Below, piece after piece: positions 1 to 9,593 of a DNA stretch of 64,000 bases (positions are counted from its first letter, which is position 1; each line of letters opens with the position of its first letter). The stretch comes from Candidatus Marinacidobacterales bacterium (lineage in GTDB: Bacteria; Acidobacteriota; Vicinamibacteria; Marinacidobacterales; SMYC01), in assembly GCA_965224085.1 (NCBI GenBank), contig CBDCYI010000005.1:960001-1024000 (forward strand), given 5' to 3'. A program made the translations under genes and the position numbers. A model generated the notes under the pieces. It had not been told where the DNA came from, made no database searches, and was given only the letters and a program-made list of their open reading frames with translations.

Positions 1-106
1 CACCTTCGGCCGTGAGCCGCATCGCCTCGGCCATCACTGCCATCGTGGGCGACGGGCTGATCTGGCTCACGCGCGAGGCGAGGTGCAAAGAACTCGTCTT
101 CGTCAT
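1..106 (-). CDS. 5' part of PLP-dependent class I aminotransferase (aspartate aminotransferase-like), runs off window
   Basis: Reverse strand reads MTKTSSLHLASRVSQISPSPTMAVMAEAMRLTAEG, a typical AspAT class I N-terminus; ATGA overlap with coaD stop. Confidence 0.75.
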   Translation of the reverse strand, partial: MTKTSSLHLASRVSQISPSPTMAVMAEAMRLTAEG

Positions 107-600
107 GATGTCCGCACTCTCTCCAAAAGCCGGGCCTCGACACCCTCCGGGACGAGTCCGGTCACTTTGCCGCCGAGGCTCGCGACTTCTTTCACGATTC
201 GGGAGCTCACATAAGAATATTCCTCGGCGGGCATCATGAAGACGGTCTCGATCGTGGGCGCAAGTCGCCGGTTCATCAGCGCCATTTGAAACTCGTACTC
301 GAAGTCCGAGATAGCGCGAATACCGCGCACGATCGTGCTCGCCTTCCGACCCGCCGCATATTCCACCAGAAGTCCGCTGAACGCATCGGCCTCAACGTTC
401 TCGCTCGTTTTGAACGTGTCCTGAATCATCTCGATCCGCTCGTCGACAGTGAAGAGCGGCTTTTTGCTCACGTTCTCGAGAACCGCCACGATGATGGTGT
501 CGAACAGAGCGCTTCCGCGCTGAATGATGTCCACATGACCCATGGTCAACGGGTCGAACGACCCTGGGTACAGCGCGACGCGGGGAGGTAGGCTCGGCAC
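103..600 (-). CDS. coaD: Phosphopantetheine adenylyltransferase
   Basis: YPGSFDPLTMGHVDII, RGIRAISDFEYE, SSRIVKEVA motifs. Confidence 0.97.
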   Translation of the reverse strand: MPSLPPRVALYPGSFDPLTMGHVDIIQRGSALFDTIIVAVLENVSKKPLFTVDERIEMIQDTFKTSENVEADAFSGLLVEYAAGRKASTIVRGIRAISDFEYEFQMALMNRRLAPTIETVFMMPAEEYSYVSSRIVKEVASLGGKVTGLVPEGVEARLLERVRTS

Positions 601-610
601 GCAACAAAGC

Positions 611-1189
611 CTAGCATACCCGCGCGTAGAGCGTGAAACAGCTCTCGCCGGCCTTGAGCCGCCGCGCGAGCTCGAGCGCGCCGTAGCGCTTTTTCAGCTC
701 CAGTTTGTGGTGATGTTCGACCACCACGCGTCCGTCTTCGGTAACCAGGCTAGACTCGCCGAGTGCCTCGAGAAGTTTCTCGAGCTCCTCCGCCTTTGGG
801 GACGTCCTTTGACTCCGATAAGGCGGATCCGCAAAAACGAGATCGAAGGAACGGTCTTGCTCGGCTAGCCACGAAAGCGCGGAGCGGACGCTTAAAACCC
901 GCAGCTCGGCGCACGCAGCGACGCCGAGCTCGTCGATATTCTTCTGGATCGCTTCCGCCGCGCGGCGACCGTTTTCCACGAACATCGCCTCGGCCGCGCC
1001 GCACGAGAGCGCCTCGATACCGAGCGCTCCCGCGCCGGCGAACAAATCCAAAACCCGCGCGTTTTCGAGCTCAGCGGAAAGGACATCGAAGAGGCTCTTC
1101 TTTAACCGGGCGCCGGTGGGCCGTGTCTCTTGGCCCTTGGGTGCGTGTAGCTTGCGCCCCCGAAACCTTCCACTTCCGATACGCATCAC
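611..1189 (-). CDS. rsmD: 16S rRNA (guanine966-N2)-methyltransferase
   Basis: MRIGSGRFRGRKL, TRPT, LDLFAGAGALGIEALS, FADPPY; canonical rsmD-coaD synteny. Confidence 0.95.
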   Translation of the reverse strand: MMRIGSGRFRGRKLHAPKGQETRPTGARLKKSLFDVLSAELENARVLDLFAGAGALGIEALSCGAAEAMFVENGRRAAEAIQKNIDELGVAACAELRVLSVRSALSWLAEQDRSFDLVFADPPYRSQRTSPKAEELEKLLEALGESSLVTEDGRVVVEHHHKLELKKRYGALELARRLKAGESCFTLYARVC

Positions 1190-1191
1190 GC

Positions 1192-3294
1192 CTAGCCGCC
1201 CGCCGCCAACCCGAACCGCTCGCCCCAGAGATCCACCACATAACGCAGCAGCGCGCGACCCCTTTCGCTACCCACCTGCTCCGAAACCACGAAGTCATGG
1301 GCTTCCTTTTTCGCATCCTCCCGCATCTTCGCGTCGCGAATCATGTCTGCGATGCGAAACATAGGCGCGCCCGACTGCCGCGTGCCGAAGTAATCTCCCG
1401 GACCGCGAATCTCGAGATCTCGTTCGGCTATCACGAATCCTTCCTGCGTCTCGACCATGACGCCAAGACGCTCTTCCGCCTCGGGCGTTAGCGTCCCGTA
1501 GCTGAGGAGCACCGTGGTCGAGGGCGCGTGGCCGCGACCGACTCGGCCTCGAAGCTGATGAAGTTGCGACAAGCCGAAGCGCTCCGCGTGCTCGATGACC
1601 ATCATGGTCGCGTTCGAAACATCCACGCCGACTTCGACGACCGTCGTCGCGACGAGAACGTCGATGTCGCCGCGACCGAAAGCCTCCATCGTCGTCTCGC
1701 GCTCTTCCGACGCCATGCGGCCGTGGACGAGCGCGACCTGCCGCTTCGCGAAAGCACCTTCCTTGAGTGAGGCGTAGCGATCCACCGCGGCCTTGACGTC
1801 CAACTTGTCCGACTCTTCGACGAGCGGGCACACGAAATAGACTTGATGCCCTGCGTTTAACTCCCGTTCCATCTCCTGCAGCACGGCTTTGAGCTCGGTG
1901 CTCTGTTTGTGAACGGTACGGATGGGCTGACGGCCCGGCGGGAGCTCCTTCAGAAGCGATACATCGAGATCCCCGTGAATCACCATAGCGAGGCTTCTCG
2001 GAATGGGCGTCGCCGTCATCACGAGCAGATCGCAGCGGAGGCCTTTCTCGCGAAGCTCGTTCCGTTGGAGCACGCCGAAGCGGTGCTGCTCGTCGATGAT
2101 GGCGAGGCCGAGCTCTTTGAACACGACGCCTTGTTGGATGAGCGCATGCGTTCCTACAACGAGATGCACGTCCCCATTTGCGAGCTCCTCGAGGAGCGTC
2201 TCGCGCTCCGATTTCTTCAGGCGCGCGCTGAGAAGCGCCACCCGGTAACCGGCGGGCTCGAGAAGCTTGCGGATATTCGCGTAGTGCTGCTCGGCGAGAA
2301 GCTCCGTCGGCACCATGAAAGCGACTTGAGCGCCGCCTTCCATGACGATGACAGAGGCGAGAACGCCCACGATGGTCTTTCCCGTGCCGACATCACCCTG
2401 GACGAGGCGTCTCATCGGCACGTCGCTCGCGAGCTCGTCGGCAATCGTCTTCGAGACGTCGCGCTGCGCCGAGGTCAAACGAAACGGAAGGATCTTGCGC
2501 ACGATCTCGCGAATCTCATCGTCCACGACGAAGACACGCGGTTTCGTGAGCTTCGTGTCTGACTTTCTACGTAGCTCGACCGCAAGAAAGAAGAGAAAGA
2601 GCTCTTCGAAGATGAGCCGCTTCTGCGGCTCCGAGCGAAACGCGTTATAGAGCTCGAGCGGCGCGTCCTCCTCAGGAAAGTGAACGCGAGCGATGGCTTC
2701 CTCTCGCAACAACAGTCCCAAGCGGCGCACCAGCTCCTCGGGAAGAAGCTCGGGAACATCACGCGGCATGCCGAGAACGAGAAAGTGGATAACCCGGCGC
2801 AGAACCTTGGGGCTCATCGCGCCGACGCGCTCGTAAACGGGCACGATGCGGCCCGCGTGGGTGGTCTCGTCCTGGCCCTCCTCGAGGAGCTCGTAGTGAG
2901 GACTCTTGACTTCGAGGAACAACCCGATCCCCGTCTGCTCGAACGTGCCGTAGATCAAAACGCGGCTGCCGGGCGTCAGTGAGTCTTTGAGATATTCCTG
3001 GTTGAACCAGACGGCTTTGAGCTTTCCCGTCTCATCTTTCGCGACGACCTCGACGATCTTGAAGTTCCGGCGCCGGGTCGTGCGCACGTGAACCGACTGC
3101 ACCTCGACTTCGACGGTGGCGCTTTGCCCGGCTTGAACCTCGTTGATTGTCAGCCGGCGGCTTCGGTCTTCGTACCGGAAAGGCAGGTAGAGCAGCAGAT
3201 CGTAGACGGTGTTGATACCGACTTTGGCGAGCGCCTCAGCTTTCTTGGGGCCGACGCCTTTGACGAACTGGATGGGGGTGTGGATATCGAGCAT
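1192..3294 (-). CDS. recG: ATP-dependent DNA helicase RecG
   Basis: QGDVGTGKT, DEQHRFG, MTATPIPRSL, QLHQLRGRVGRG, DLEIRGPGD motifs; 700 aa. Confidence 0.98.
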   Translation of the reverse strand: MLDIHTPIQFVKGVGPKKAEALAKVGINTVYDLLLYLPFRYEDRSRRLTINEVQAGQSATVEVEVQSVHVRTTRRRNFKIVEVVAKDETGKLKAVWFNQEYLKDSLTPGSRVLIYGTFEQTGIGLFLEVKSPHYELLEEGQDETTHAGRIVPVYERVGAMSPKVLRRVIHFLVLGMPRDVPELLPEELVRRLGLLLREEAIARVHFPEEDAPLELYNAFRSEPQKRLIFEELFLFFLAVELRRKSDTKLTKPRVFVVDDEIREIVRKILPFRLTSAQRDVSKTIADELASDVPMRRLVQGDVGTGKTIVGVLASVIVMEGGAQVAFMVPTELLAEQHYANIRKLLEPAGYRVALLSARLKKSERETLLEELANGDVHLVVGTHALIQQGVVFKELGLAIIDEQHRFGVLQRNELREKGLRCDLLVMTATPIPRSLAMVIHGDLDVSLLKELPPGRQPIRTVHKQSTELKAVLQEMERELNAGHQVYFVCPLVEESDKLDVKAAVDRYASLKEGAFAKRQVALVHGRMASEERETTMEAFGRGDIDVLVATTVVEVGVDVSNATMMVIEHAERFGLSQLHQLRGRVGRGHAPSTTVLLSYGTLTPEAEERLGVMVETQEGFVIAERDLEIRGPGDYFGTRQSGAPMFRIADMIRDAKMREDAKKEAHDFVVSEQVGSERGRALLRYVVDLWGERFGLAAGG

Positions 3295-3318
3295 AACCGC
3301 GTTTCTACCGCGGGAATG

Positions 3319-3894
3319 CTACTTGTTCGCTCGCTGGAGTACCAAAGCCGTGCCGGGCTCCAAGCGGATGCTCTCGAGATCGTAAGGAAGCGAGAACGCG
3401 TCGCCGAGGCGAAAACCCGGAGGCAGAAACTCGCTCGTGTCCACATCCCCGATGAACGAGGCGATGAAATCCGGAGGTAAGGGGACTCCAGCGAGAGTGA
3501 TGCGCTCGAGAACGAGCTTGCCCACACCGCCGCCCGCTTTCACACGCGCCGCGATTTCGACGGGCACCTGCCCCGAGAGAAATTGCAAGACACCCGATTT
3601 CGGAAGCTGGCCTTCGAGCTTGTCGAGATCGAGCGTTGCCCCTACGATGGCGAGGCTTTTTTCGAAACGGATCCAGGGTGACTCGATCCCCTCGGGAAGC
3701 TGATTCTTGCTTGGGTCTTTAAGATAGGCGTTCGCGTCTTCCTCACCGATTTCGAACTCTTTCGAGGCATCCGCGCCGTTCTCGTGCCGCACGCGGAGCT
3801 CCTCGAGCGTTTTGTCCAGCTCGTCACCGGCAACGACGCCGGGCGAGAACCCAAGCGACAGAATGCCTAGCGGAGGGAAGAAAGCCAGCTTCAT
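3319..3894 (-). CDS. Exported hypothetical protein
   Basis: 191-aa ORF with signal-peptide-like N-terminus, co-oriented upstream of recG. Confidence 0.7.
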   Translation of the reverse strand: MKLAFFPPLGILSLGFSPGVVAGDELDKTLEELRVRHENGADASKEFEIGEEDANAYLKDPSKNQLPEGIESPWIRFEKSLAIVGATLDLDKLEGQLPKSGVLQFLSGQVPVEIAARVKAGGGVGKLVLERITLAGVPLPPDFIASFIGDVDTSEFLPPGFRLGDAFSLPYDLESIRLEPGTALVLQRANK

Positions 3895-3941
3895 ATGTCT
3901 CCATCCTACTCCAAAACACGTTTGGACTGGATGAAGGGAGC

Positions 3942-4575
3942 CTATTCGATCTCCAACTCGGCGCGCAAGCGTTTCGCCTCGTCGTGCCCTGGCTCGAGGG
4001 CGAGTGCCTTGTCGACCTGTGTCAGCGCTTTTCCGGGATCCTCGAGCTCGAGATAGAGCCGCAGATCGACCGCGCCTGGATCGCGATGGATGCTACGTTG
4101 TAGAAGTTGAATCGCCTCATCGAGGCGGCCCCGCTCGCGCAGCGCCTGGACGTCGAAGAGCGCGGCAAGCGCCATCACGTCCTTCTCTCGATCCGCGTGC
4201 AGGTCTACCGGAGCGCGAACAATCGCCGGTTTCTCTTTGATACGCGCGAGATCCGTCGCGGTCGCGGGATCGACGTCGGCGAGGTGCGGTGAGAGCATCA
4301 GGGCTGTCGAGCGGGCGCGCTCGGCGAGCTCGAACTTCGCTTGCGAAGACGCGGCCGAGGACAACAAGAGGTGCACTTCACCATCGCAAGGCATGAGCTC
4401 CGCGGCACGCTCCAAATGCTCGAGCGCGGACGCCCCTTTGCCCAGCCGCCACTGACTCCAGCCGAGGTTGAACAGAAAAGTTGTGTCGGCCCCATCGGCG
4501 TCCATCGCCAACTGGAAGGCCTCCGTCGCTTCCACGTGCCGGCCGAGCTGCATCAGCGCAACGCCTTGAAGCCTC
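3942..4575 (-). pseudogene. TPR-repeat protein, 5'-truncated and probably internally deleted
   Basis: Begins mid-TPR (LQGVALMQLGRHVEA), FNLGWSQWRLG repeats, abrupt junction at DLRL|YLELED. Confidence 0.55.
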
Positions 4576-4602
4576 GTACCCCCTTTTGGTAGTATCTGAG
4601 TC

Positions 4603-4995
4603 GTGGTGCCGGCTTATCGGTCACCGCGGTTCGATGCGCACAAGCCGCTGGTGTTTCGCGAACGCCGCCGCAATGGGAAATCGGCTCTGAAAAGCCAAAC
4701 GAAGAATTTGTCGCGCAACGGAGCGCTCCTCGAAAGCCGTGTTCCGTTCAATATCGGCACGGAGCTCGAGATCGACATCCATTTGCCACAAAACAGCGCG
4801 GACGTCACTTTGAAGGGCCGCGTTGTCCGGCTGGAGGAAGCGTCAGAAGACACCGGAGACACCCGCTACCACGTGGGCGTCGTCTTTCTCGCCGACTCCG
4901 AAGAGGACAATCGCCGGCTCGAAGGCTTCGCTTCCGAGATCTACCGGCCACTCGTCCACGATCACTCTGGCGAAGACATGGATCCTCCCGGCTAA
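4603..4995 (+). CDS. PilZ-domain protein
   Basis: RSPRF (RxxxR-like) and NLSRNGALL (D/NxSxxG) motifs, GRVVR and YHVGVVF beta-barrel. Confidence 0.8.
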   Translation: MVPAYRSPRFDAHKPLVFRERRRNGKSALKSQTKNLSRNGALLESRVPFNIGTELEIDIHLPQNSADVTLKGRVVRLEEASEDTGDTRYHVGVVFLADSEEDNRRLEGFASEIYRPLVHDHSGEDMDPPG

Positions 4996-5017
4996 ACGCC
5001 GTACACTCTTAGGCGGA

Positions 5018-6265
5018 ATGAAACTCTGGGAGCCAACGCCGCCAAAACGCTCGGAACTTGGAGACCACGACGTGCGCCCGTTCGGACAGCATTTGGCTGG
5101 AAAACGGGTCGCGTTGATGGTTTCAGGCGGGATCGCTGCCATCAAAGCCCCGTTCATCGCGCGGGCGCTACGAAAACAAGGCGCCGAGGTCATCGCCTAT
5201 TGCTCGAAAGAGGCGCTCCGCTACACGACCGAAGACGCGCTCGAATGGTCGACGACGAAACCTGTCGTCACCCGCCTGACCGCTTCGGCCGAGCACTTGA
5301 ACGACGCCTTGAGCTTCGACGGCTACCTCATCGCCCCGGCCACCTACAACACCATTAATAAGGTTGCCACGGGCATCGCCGATGGCGTTTTAACGGCCAC
5401 TCTCGCTGCGGCGCTCGGCCGCATGGAGCGTTCTGACACCAAAGTGCTCGTAGCACCCACGATGCACGGTGACATGCATACATCGATACTCACCGAGTCC
5501 CTGCGCAAGCTACAGGGGATGGGCGTCCGGGTCATCCCCCCTCGCGACGATTATGGCAAGCACAACATCCCGGACACGCCGACGCTCGTCGCCGAAGTCT
5601 GCGCGGAGCTCAGCACCTCGCGGCTCAAGGGCCGGAGAATCCTCGTCACCGGCGGTCCGACACCGGTCCCGATCGACAACGTCCGCATCATCACGAACCG
5701 CTTCACGGGAAAGCTGGGCACCGCCATCGCCGACGAGCTCACGCTCCGGGGCGCCGACGTGAAATTCATCCTCGGCAAAACCGGGCTAACACCGCCGAGC
5801 TATATCGATTGCACGCGCGCGAGGACCTTCGACGAATACCGGGACGCCGTTTTGGACACGCTCGCCGACGACGAGTACGACGCCGGCATCTTTTCCGCCG
5901 CCGCGGCCGACTACAAACCGCTAGAAGTCACCGAGGGCAAGATACCCTCGGGCGGAGCCCTGAAGAGCATTCCACTCACTCCGACCGAGAAAGTGATCGA
6001 CCTCGTCCGCGAGAAATTCCCCAAGATGCCGACGATCTCCTTCAAGTACCAGGAAAACCTGCCCCACGACGAGCTGATCGCGATTGCCCAGGACCGTCTC
6101 ACGAAAGGCCACCTCGCCGTCGTCGCCAACCGCGGCGAGGAGACCGGCCCGAACGGCGAGCAAATCGCCTACATCATTTCCGAGGGCGCCGATCCCCGGC
6201 GCTTCCAAGACAAGCCCGAAATCGCCGCTGGTGTCGCCGATTTTCTCGAGAATGGGCTCAGCTAA
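5018..6265 (+). CDS. coaBC: Bifunctional phosphopantothenoylcysteine decarboxylase/ligase CoaBC, divergent type
   Basis: SGGIAAIK, APATYNTINK, ILVTGGPTPVPIDNVRIITNRFTGKLG, FSAAAADY; ATG at 5018 preferred over 4823. Confidence 0.9.
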   Translation: MKLWEPTPPKRSELGDHDVRPFGQHLAGKRVALMVSGGIAAIKAPFIARALRKQGAEVIAYCSKEALRYTTEDALEWSTTKPVVTRLTASAEHLNDALSFDGYLIAPATYNTINKVATGIADGVLTATLAAALGRMERSDTKVLVAPTMHGDMHTSILTESLRKLQGMGVRVIPPRDDYGKHNIPDTPTLVAEVCAELSTSRLKGRRILVTGGPTPVPIDNVRIITNRFTGKLGTAIADELTLRGADVKFILGKTGLTPPSYIDCTRARTFDEYRDAVLDTLADDEYDAGIFSAAAADYKPLEVTEGKIPSGGALKSIPLTPTEKVIDLVREKFPKMPTISFKYQENLPHDELIAIAQDRLTKGHLAVVANRGEETGPNGEQIAYIISEGADPRRFQDKPEIAAGVADFLENGLS

Positions 6266-6278
6266 GCTTTACGTTAAC

Positions 6279-6307
6279 TTGACATTCCCATGGACAGTGC
6301 GGATAAT
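6279..6307 (+). promoter_or_regulatory. Sigma70 promoter of tRNA-fMet
   Basis: TTGACA-17 bp-GATAAT just upstream of the tRNA. Confidence 0.8.
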
Positions 6308-6324
6308 ACTTCCCCTACGTTTGA

Positions 6325-6401
<77 letters not shown>

Positions 6402-6498
6402 ACTCCCCTTTAAAACAGAAGAACTTAGAGACACAGCTTCGGTGGGTTTTGTCTGCATGCTGGTCTCGGTAGGCATTTTGTCCGTGCTTTGTCCGCGT

Positions 6499-6800
6499 TC
6501 ACGCCTTGTGGCGTTTGATGTCGGCTTTCTTGCGTTCGGTCGGGAGGGTCGAGACGTAGCTGTCCGTATTCCTGACCGCTTCTCGGATGTCGTCCTCGTT
6601 GGTGATGTTGTATCTGTCGAAGACGGCACGAGTCTTGTGCCCGCTGATGGGTCGAGCAACGGTCTCGTTGACGCCAGCTCGCACCATGTTACGGATGCCG
6701 GTCCGCCTCAAATCGTAGGGCGTCTTGCCTTCCCTACCCGCAACGATGCCGGCCTTCTTGCAGGCTGTCTTCCACGTCTTCCGGAATTCGCCCATCCGCT
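6499..6800 (-). pseudogene. C-terminal fragment of tRNA-targeting tyrosine integrase
   Basis: [16 protein letters not shown]...[15 protein letters not shown] (HxxR/GH/Y region); TTTGTCCG direct repeats at 6477 and 6488 resemble arm sites. Confidence 0.85.
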
Positions 6801-6814
6801 TACCGCCCCAGGCC

Positions 6815-7129
6815 CTAGCCCTGCTCCTTAGCCTTCGCCAAGTACTCACTTACCGTTCCCACCGCCACGTGGAGCGCCTTCGCGATCGTCCGGTGCGTAA
6901 AACCCAGCTCGTGCTTAACCTCAGTATCTCGCGTATCTTTCTCATCCTGCCATTTTCTAGGTCGTCCTCCTTCCGCAACGACCTAGATTGCCTTGAAAAG
7001 CGCTACCGATGAGCGTTCACGGATGCCCGGAACGGGCGTTCACTTTGCCTGGAATCCGTGTTCACGATCCTCTGGAATGGTTGTTCACGTTCGGCTGGAA
7101 TCTGCGTTCACGATGCCCCGGAATACCCA
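6815..7129 (-). mobile_element. IS21-family left end with frameshifted istA 5' stub
   Basis: Starts TGGGTATTCCGGGGCATCGTGAAC; five GTTCAC..GGAA repeats at 22-23 bp period (7015, 7038, 7060, 7083, 7106); [36 protein letters not shown] IstA HTH. Confidence 0.85.
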
Positions 7130-7288
7130 GTAGCATTAACGACTCTCGGACAGGACCGAGTTAGCCTGGCTAGCTCAGCTCGTCTTCTCTACCGCCGGTG
7201 GCTGTTGGGTCGCCTCAGAAAACAGCCAGCAGCCAACATTTTCTCAATGAGCGCTGGGAATCACCATCTTGGTCGCGCGACGGTCAGT

Positions 7289-7672
7289 CTACGAGTTTTC
7301 ACTTACTAAGTTTTGTTTTTTCAAATCCGTCGGTGTTGATTCATCAATAATATCTTTGAGTTTGTCTATGGATCGTTTTCCGAAACCTCCCATAGGTCCT
7401 TTCTTTTCATGGTCTATAAGATGTTTAACTTTCGTTATTTTTTCATCGATTTCTCTTTTCGATCGTCTTAGACTCTCATTTTTATTACGCAATTGAAAGT
7501 TTTCTCGCCTGAGAATTGAAGCAGGCATATCATCTTTTCGTTCTATTCCTTTAGGTCTTCGTGTCGTAAAGGTTTTGAAAGTTTCCGAGTCAACTATCTT
7601 CTTGATATTTTCAATATATTCCTGTGCGGCTTTCGCCGGCATGTCTTTCTTATTCTCTTCAGGTTGTGACAC
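7289..7672 (-). CDS. AT-rich hypothetical protein (Lys/Glu-rich, coiled-coil)
   Basis: 127-aa ORF in a markedly AT-rich tract; start abuts the broken ISKra4-like transposase. Confidence 0.5.
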   Translation of the reverse strand: MSQPEENKKDMPAKAAQEYIENIKKIVDSETFKTFTTRRPKGIERKDDMPASILRRENFQLRNKNESLRRSKREIDEKITKVKHLIDHEKKGPMGGFGKRSIDKLKDIIDESTPTDLKKQNLVSENS

Positions 7673-8538
7673 TCGACTGTCGTTCGCTCAACTCACCGCG
7701 TCCGGACTTGCTCTCGATTCGTCCTTGCTCGGTATAAAGGCAGCCCAGCTTGACTTCCTGCCAGCGGCGGTCCACAAATACCATTCCTCCGTCTATCCCT
7801 ATGTAGAGCGGAGCCTTATCGATTTCGCCCGTTTCAGATTCAGCCAGCTCCGCAGGCTCTTTCGAAAACGCCTCCGCCTTTTTATCATCTCTGCGCACCA
7901 TGCTCAGAATTTTCTCCGAGCTCACCCCCACCCCGGTGAATTTTCCCAAGCAGTTGCTCGCTCGCAGAGCGGTAGGGCTCGATCACTCCCGCCAGCAGCG
8001 ACAACTCCTGTAGGGCTCGCGTGAATCCTTCACGGTCCACTTCCATCGGTTCCAGAAGCGGGTAGTTGCCTTGGTGGCATTCACAGCACTGCCCGTAGAA
8101 CACACTCAGCTCAACGTCTCGCCCTGCCAGTACCGTGTGTACCCGGAACGGTCGACGTTGTCGAAATCCCATCGCCGCGCCGCATTCGCATTCGCCCGAC
8201 ACTCCGAGACGCTCCGCGCGTTGGCTGAGCGCATTGCCTAGGACTTCGCGCAAGTATGCGCTGCCCTTGTCCCGCATCCACTCGTCACACCGCTGAACAT
8301 CGGATTCCAATTCCACAACCGCCTGCCACACTTCCTCGGCGAACTCCTCGAACAGACGACCGACCTCTTTACTGAACTCTTCCCGCGTGATATTTCTTTT
8401 CATTGCGGTGTCCCTCCATTGGCCGCCTAGCTGCGACCGTTTTGTTTTTGCTATGTGAAGGACACCTCACCTTTCCCTTTTTGTCAAGCAATCATTTCTA
8501 TTGGAAAATCAACAGGATCACGGAAAATTTCACGCCCC
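7659..8538 (-). mobile_element. ISKra4/ISLre2 (UPF0236)-like transposase remnant, frameshifted and 3'-truncated
   Basis: CECG...CCEC zinc motif, LYIGIDGGMVFV..WQEVKLG first-Asp motif; candidate end GGGGCGTGAAATTTTCCG at 8538. Confidence 0.7.
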
Positions 8539-8555
8539 TTCATTCAGGGTTTGCG

Positions 8556-8830
8556 TGTCCCTTCCACAAATTCGATCCGCGGAGGTGAAGCGCTCTCGCC
8601 CCCGGACTGAGTTCATTTCAATCGCTGCGGGCAGCATTACGGTGAGCGCGGGCTCGAAGCGCGCCCAAGAACGCTGCGCCTCGCGTGCCAGGGATACCAC
8701 GTCAAGCGCAACGAGCTCAAGCAGCGAGACGACCGTAATAATGATGGAGGGCGCCGACCTTGGGAACGACTATCACTCGCCCCATCGAGCGCCGCTGCAC
8801 CGGTCGTGGCTCGGGGGCTGCGTCGAGCCA
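8556..8830 (-). mobile_element. Right end of integrase-core (IS481/IS3-like rve) element, copy 1
   Basis: C-terminus DAAPEPRPVQRRSMGRVIVVPKVGALHHYYGRLAA* then terminus ...GGATCGAATTTGTGGAAGGGACA; near-identical inverted copy at 11600-11831. Confidence 0.75.
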
Positions 8831-8970
8831 TTGACGGTCACCGGTAGCTCCATGGGAGTCTTCTTCAGCCTGGCATTCGCTCTCGAGTATCGTCGAAGGC
8901 GAAGAACCGCCAGAGTGGAAATCCTGGTTCACGTGATCCGAACTGCCGGCTCCCATCAGACGCACAGGCA

Positions 8971-9531
8971 CTAGAGCTCGTCGATACGAGGCAGGCGCGC
9001 CGGGTCGATATCCTTCAATCTCGGTGCGTTTGCGTCTCGCTCCGACAGAATCGGCGTTTTGACTGGCCACTCGATTCCAATATCGGGATCGTTCCACGCG
9101 ACCTCGATGCTGTTCTCCGGATGATAGCTATCAGCGCACTTGATGGTGATGAACGCAGTTTCGCTGACGATGCAGAAAGCATGGGCGAAGCCCGCGGGGA
9201 TATAGACGCGCCGTTTGTTCTCGTAAGAGAGCCCGATTGCAACCCATCGGCCGAAGTTGGGTGAGCCAACCCGCAGATCGACGGCAACATCTAGGACCTC
9301 GCCTTGAACTACATAAGCGATCTTGGCCTGCGGGTTGGGGTTTTGTAGGTGCAATCCACGGATCACGCCACCTCGTGAGAAAGACATGTTGTCCTGGACG
9401 AAGCGATCCCGGATGGACCACTTGCTATAGTGGCGGTAACTGTAAGCTTCCAGGAAGTAGCCCCGGTCGTCTTCCAGAACGTCGGGCTCGATCAATCGAA
9501 CACCCGGCAAAGATGTCTCGATGACCTTCAC
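8971..9531 (-). CDS. rmlC: dTDP-4-dehydrorhamnose 3,5-epimerase
   Basis: DDRGYFLE, VQDNMS, GVIRGLHLQ, DVAVDLRVGSPNFGRW, IPAGFAH, WNDPDIGIEWP. Confidence 0.95.
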   Translation of the reverse strand: MKVIETSLPGVRLIEPDVLEDDRGYFLEAYSYRHYSKWSIRDRFVQDNMSFSRGGVIRGLHLQNPNPQAKIAYVVQGEVLDVAVDLRVGSPNFGRWVAIGLSYENKRRVYIPAGFAHAFCIVSETAFITIKCADSYHPENSIEVAWNDPDIGIEWPVKTPILSERDANAPRLKDIDPARLPRIDEL

Positions 9532-9593
9532 TTCGACACTTTCCTTCCGGCCAACCGCGGTGTGCCACGTTCGGTGCGCAGCAACCCGCGAGT

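Noticed and set aside
7011-7129. Five periodic repeats resembling a mini-CRISPR or iterons
   Set aside because: Period is 22-23 bp with no spacers, and they sit between a TG end and an IstA stub, so they are IS21 terminal repeats
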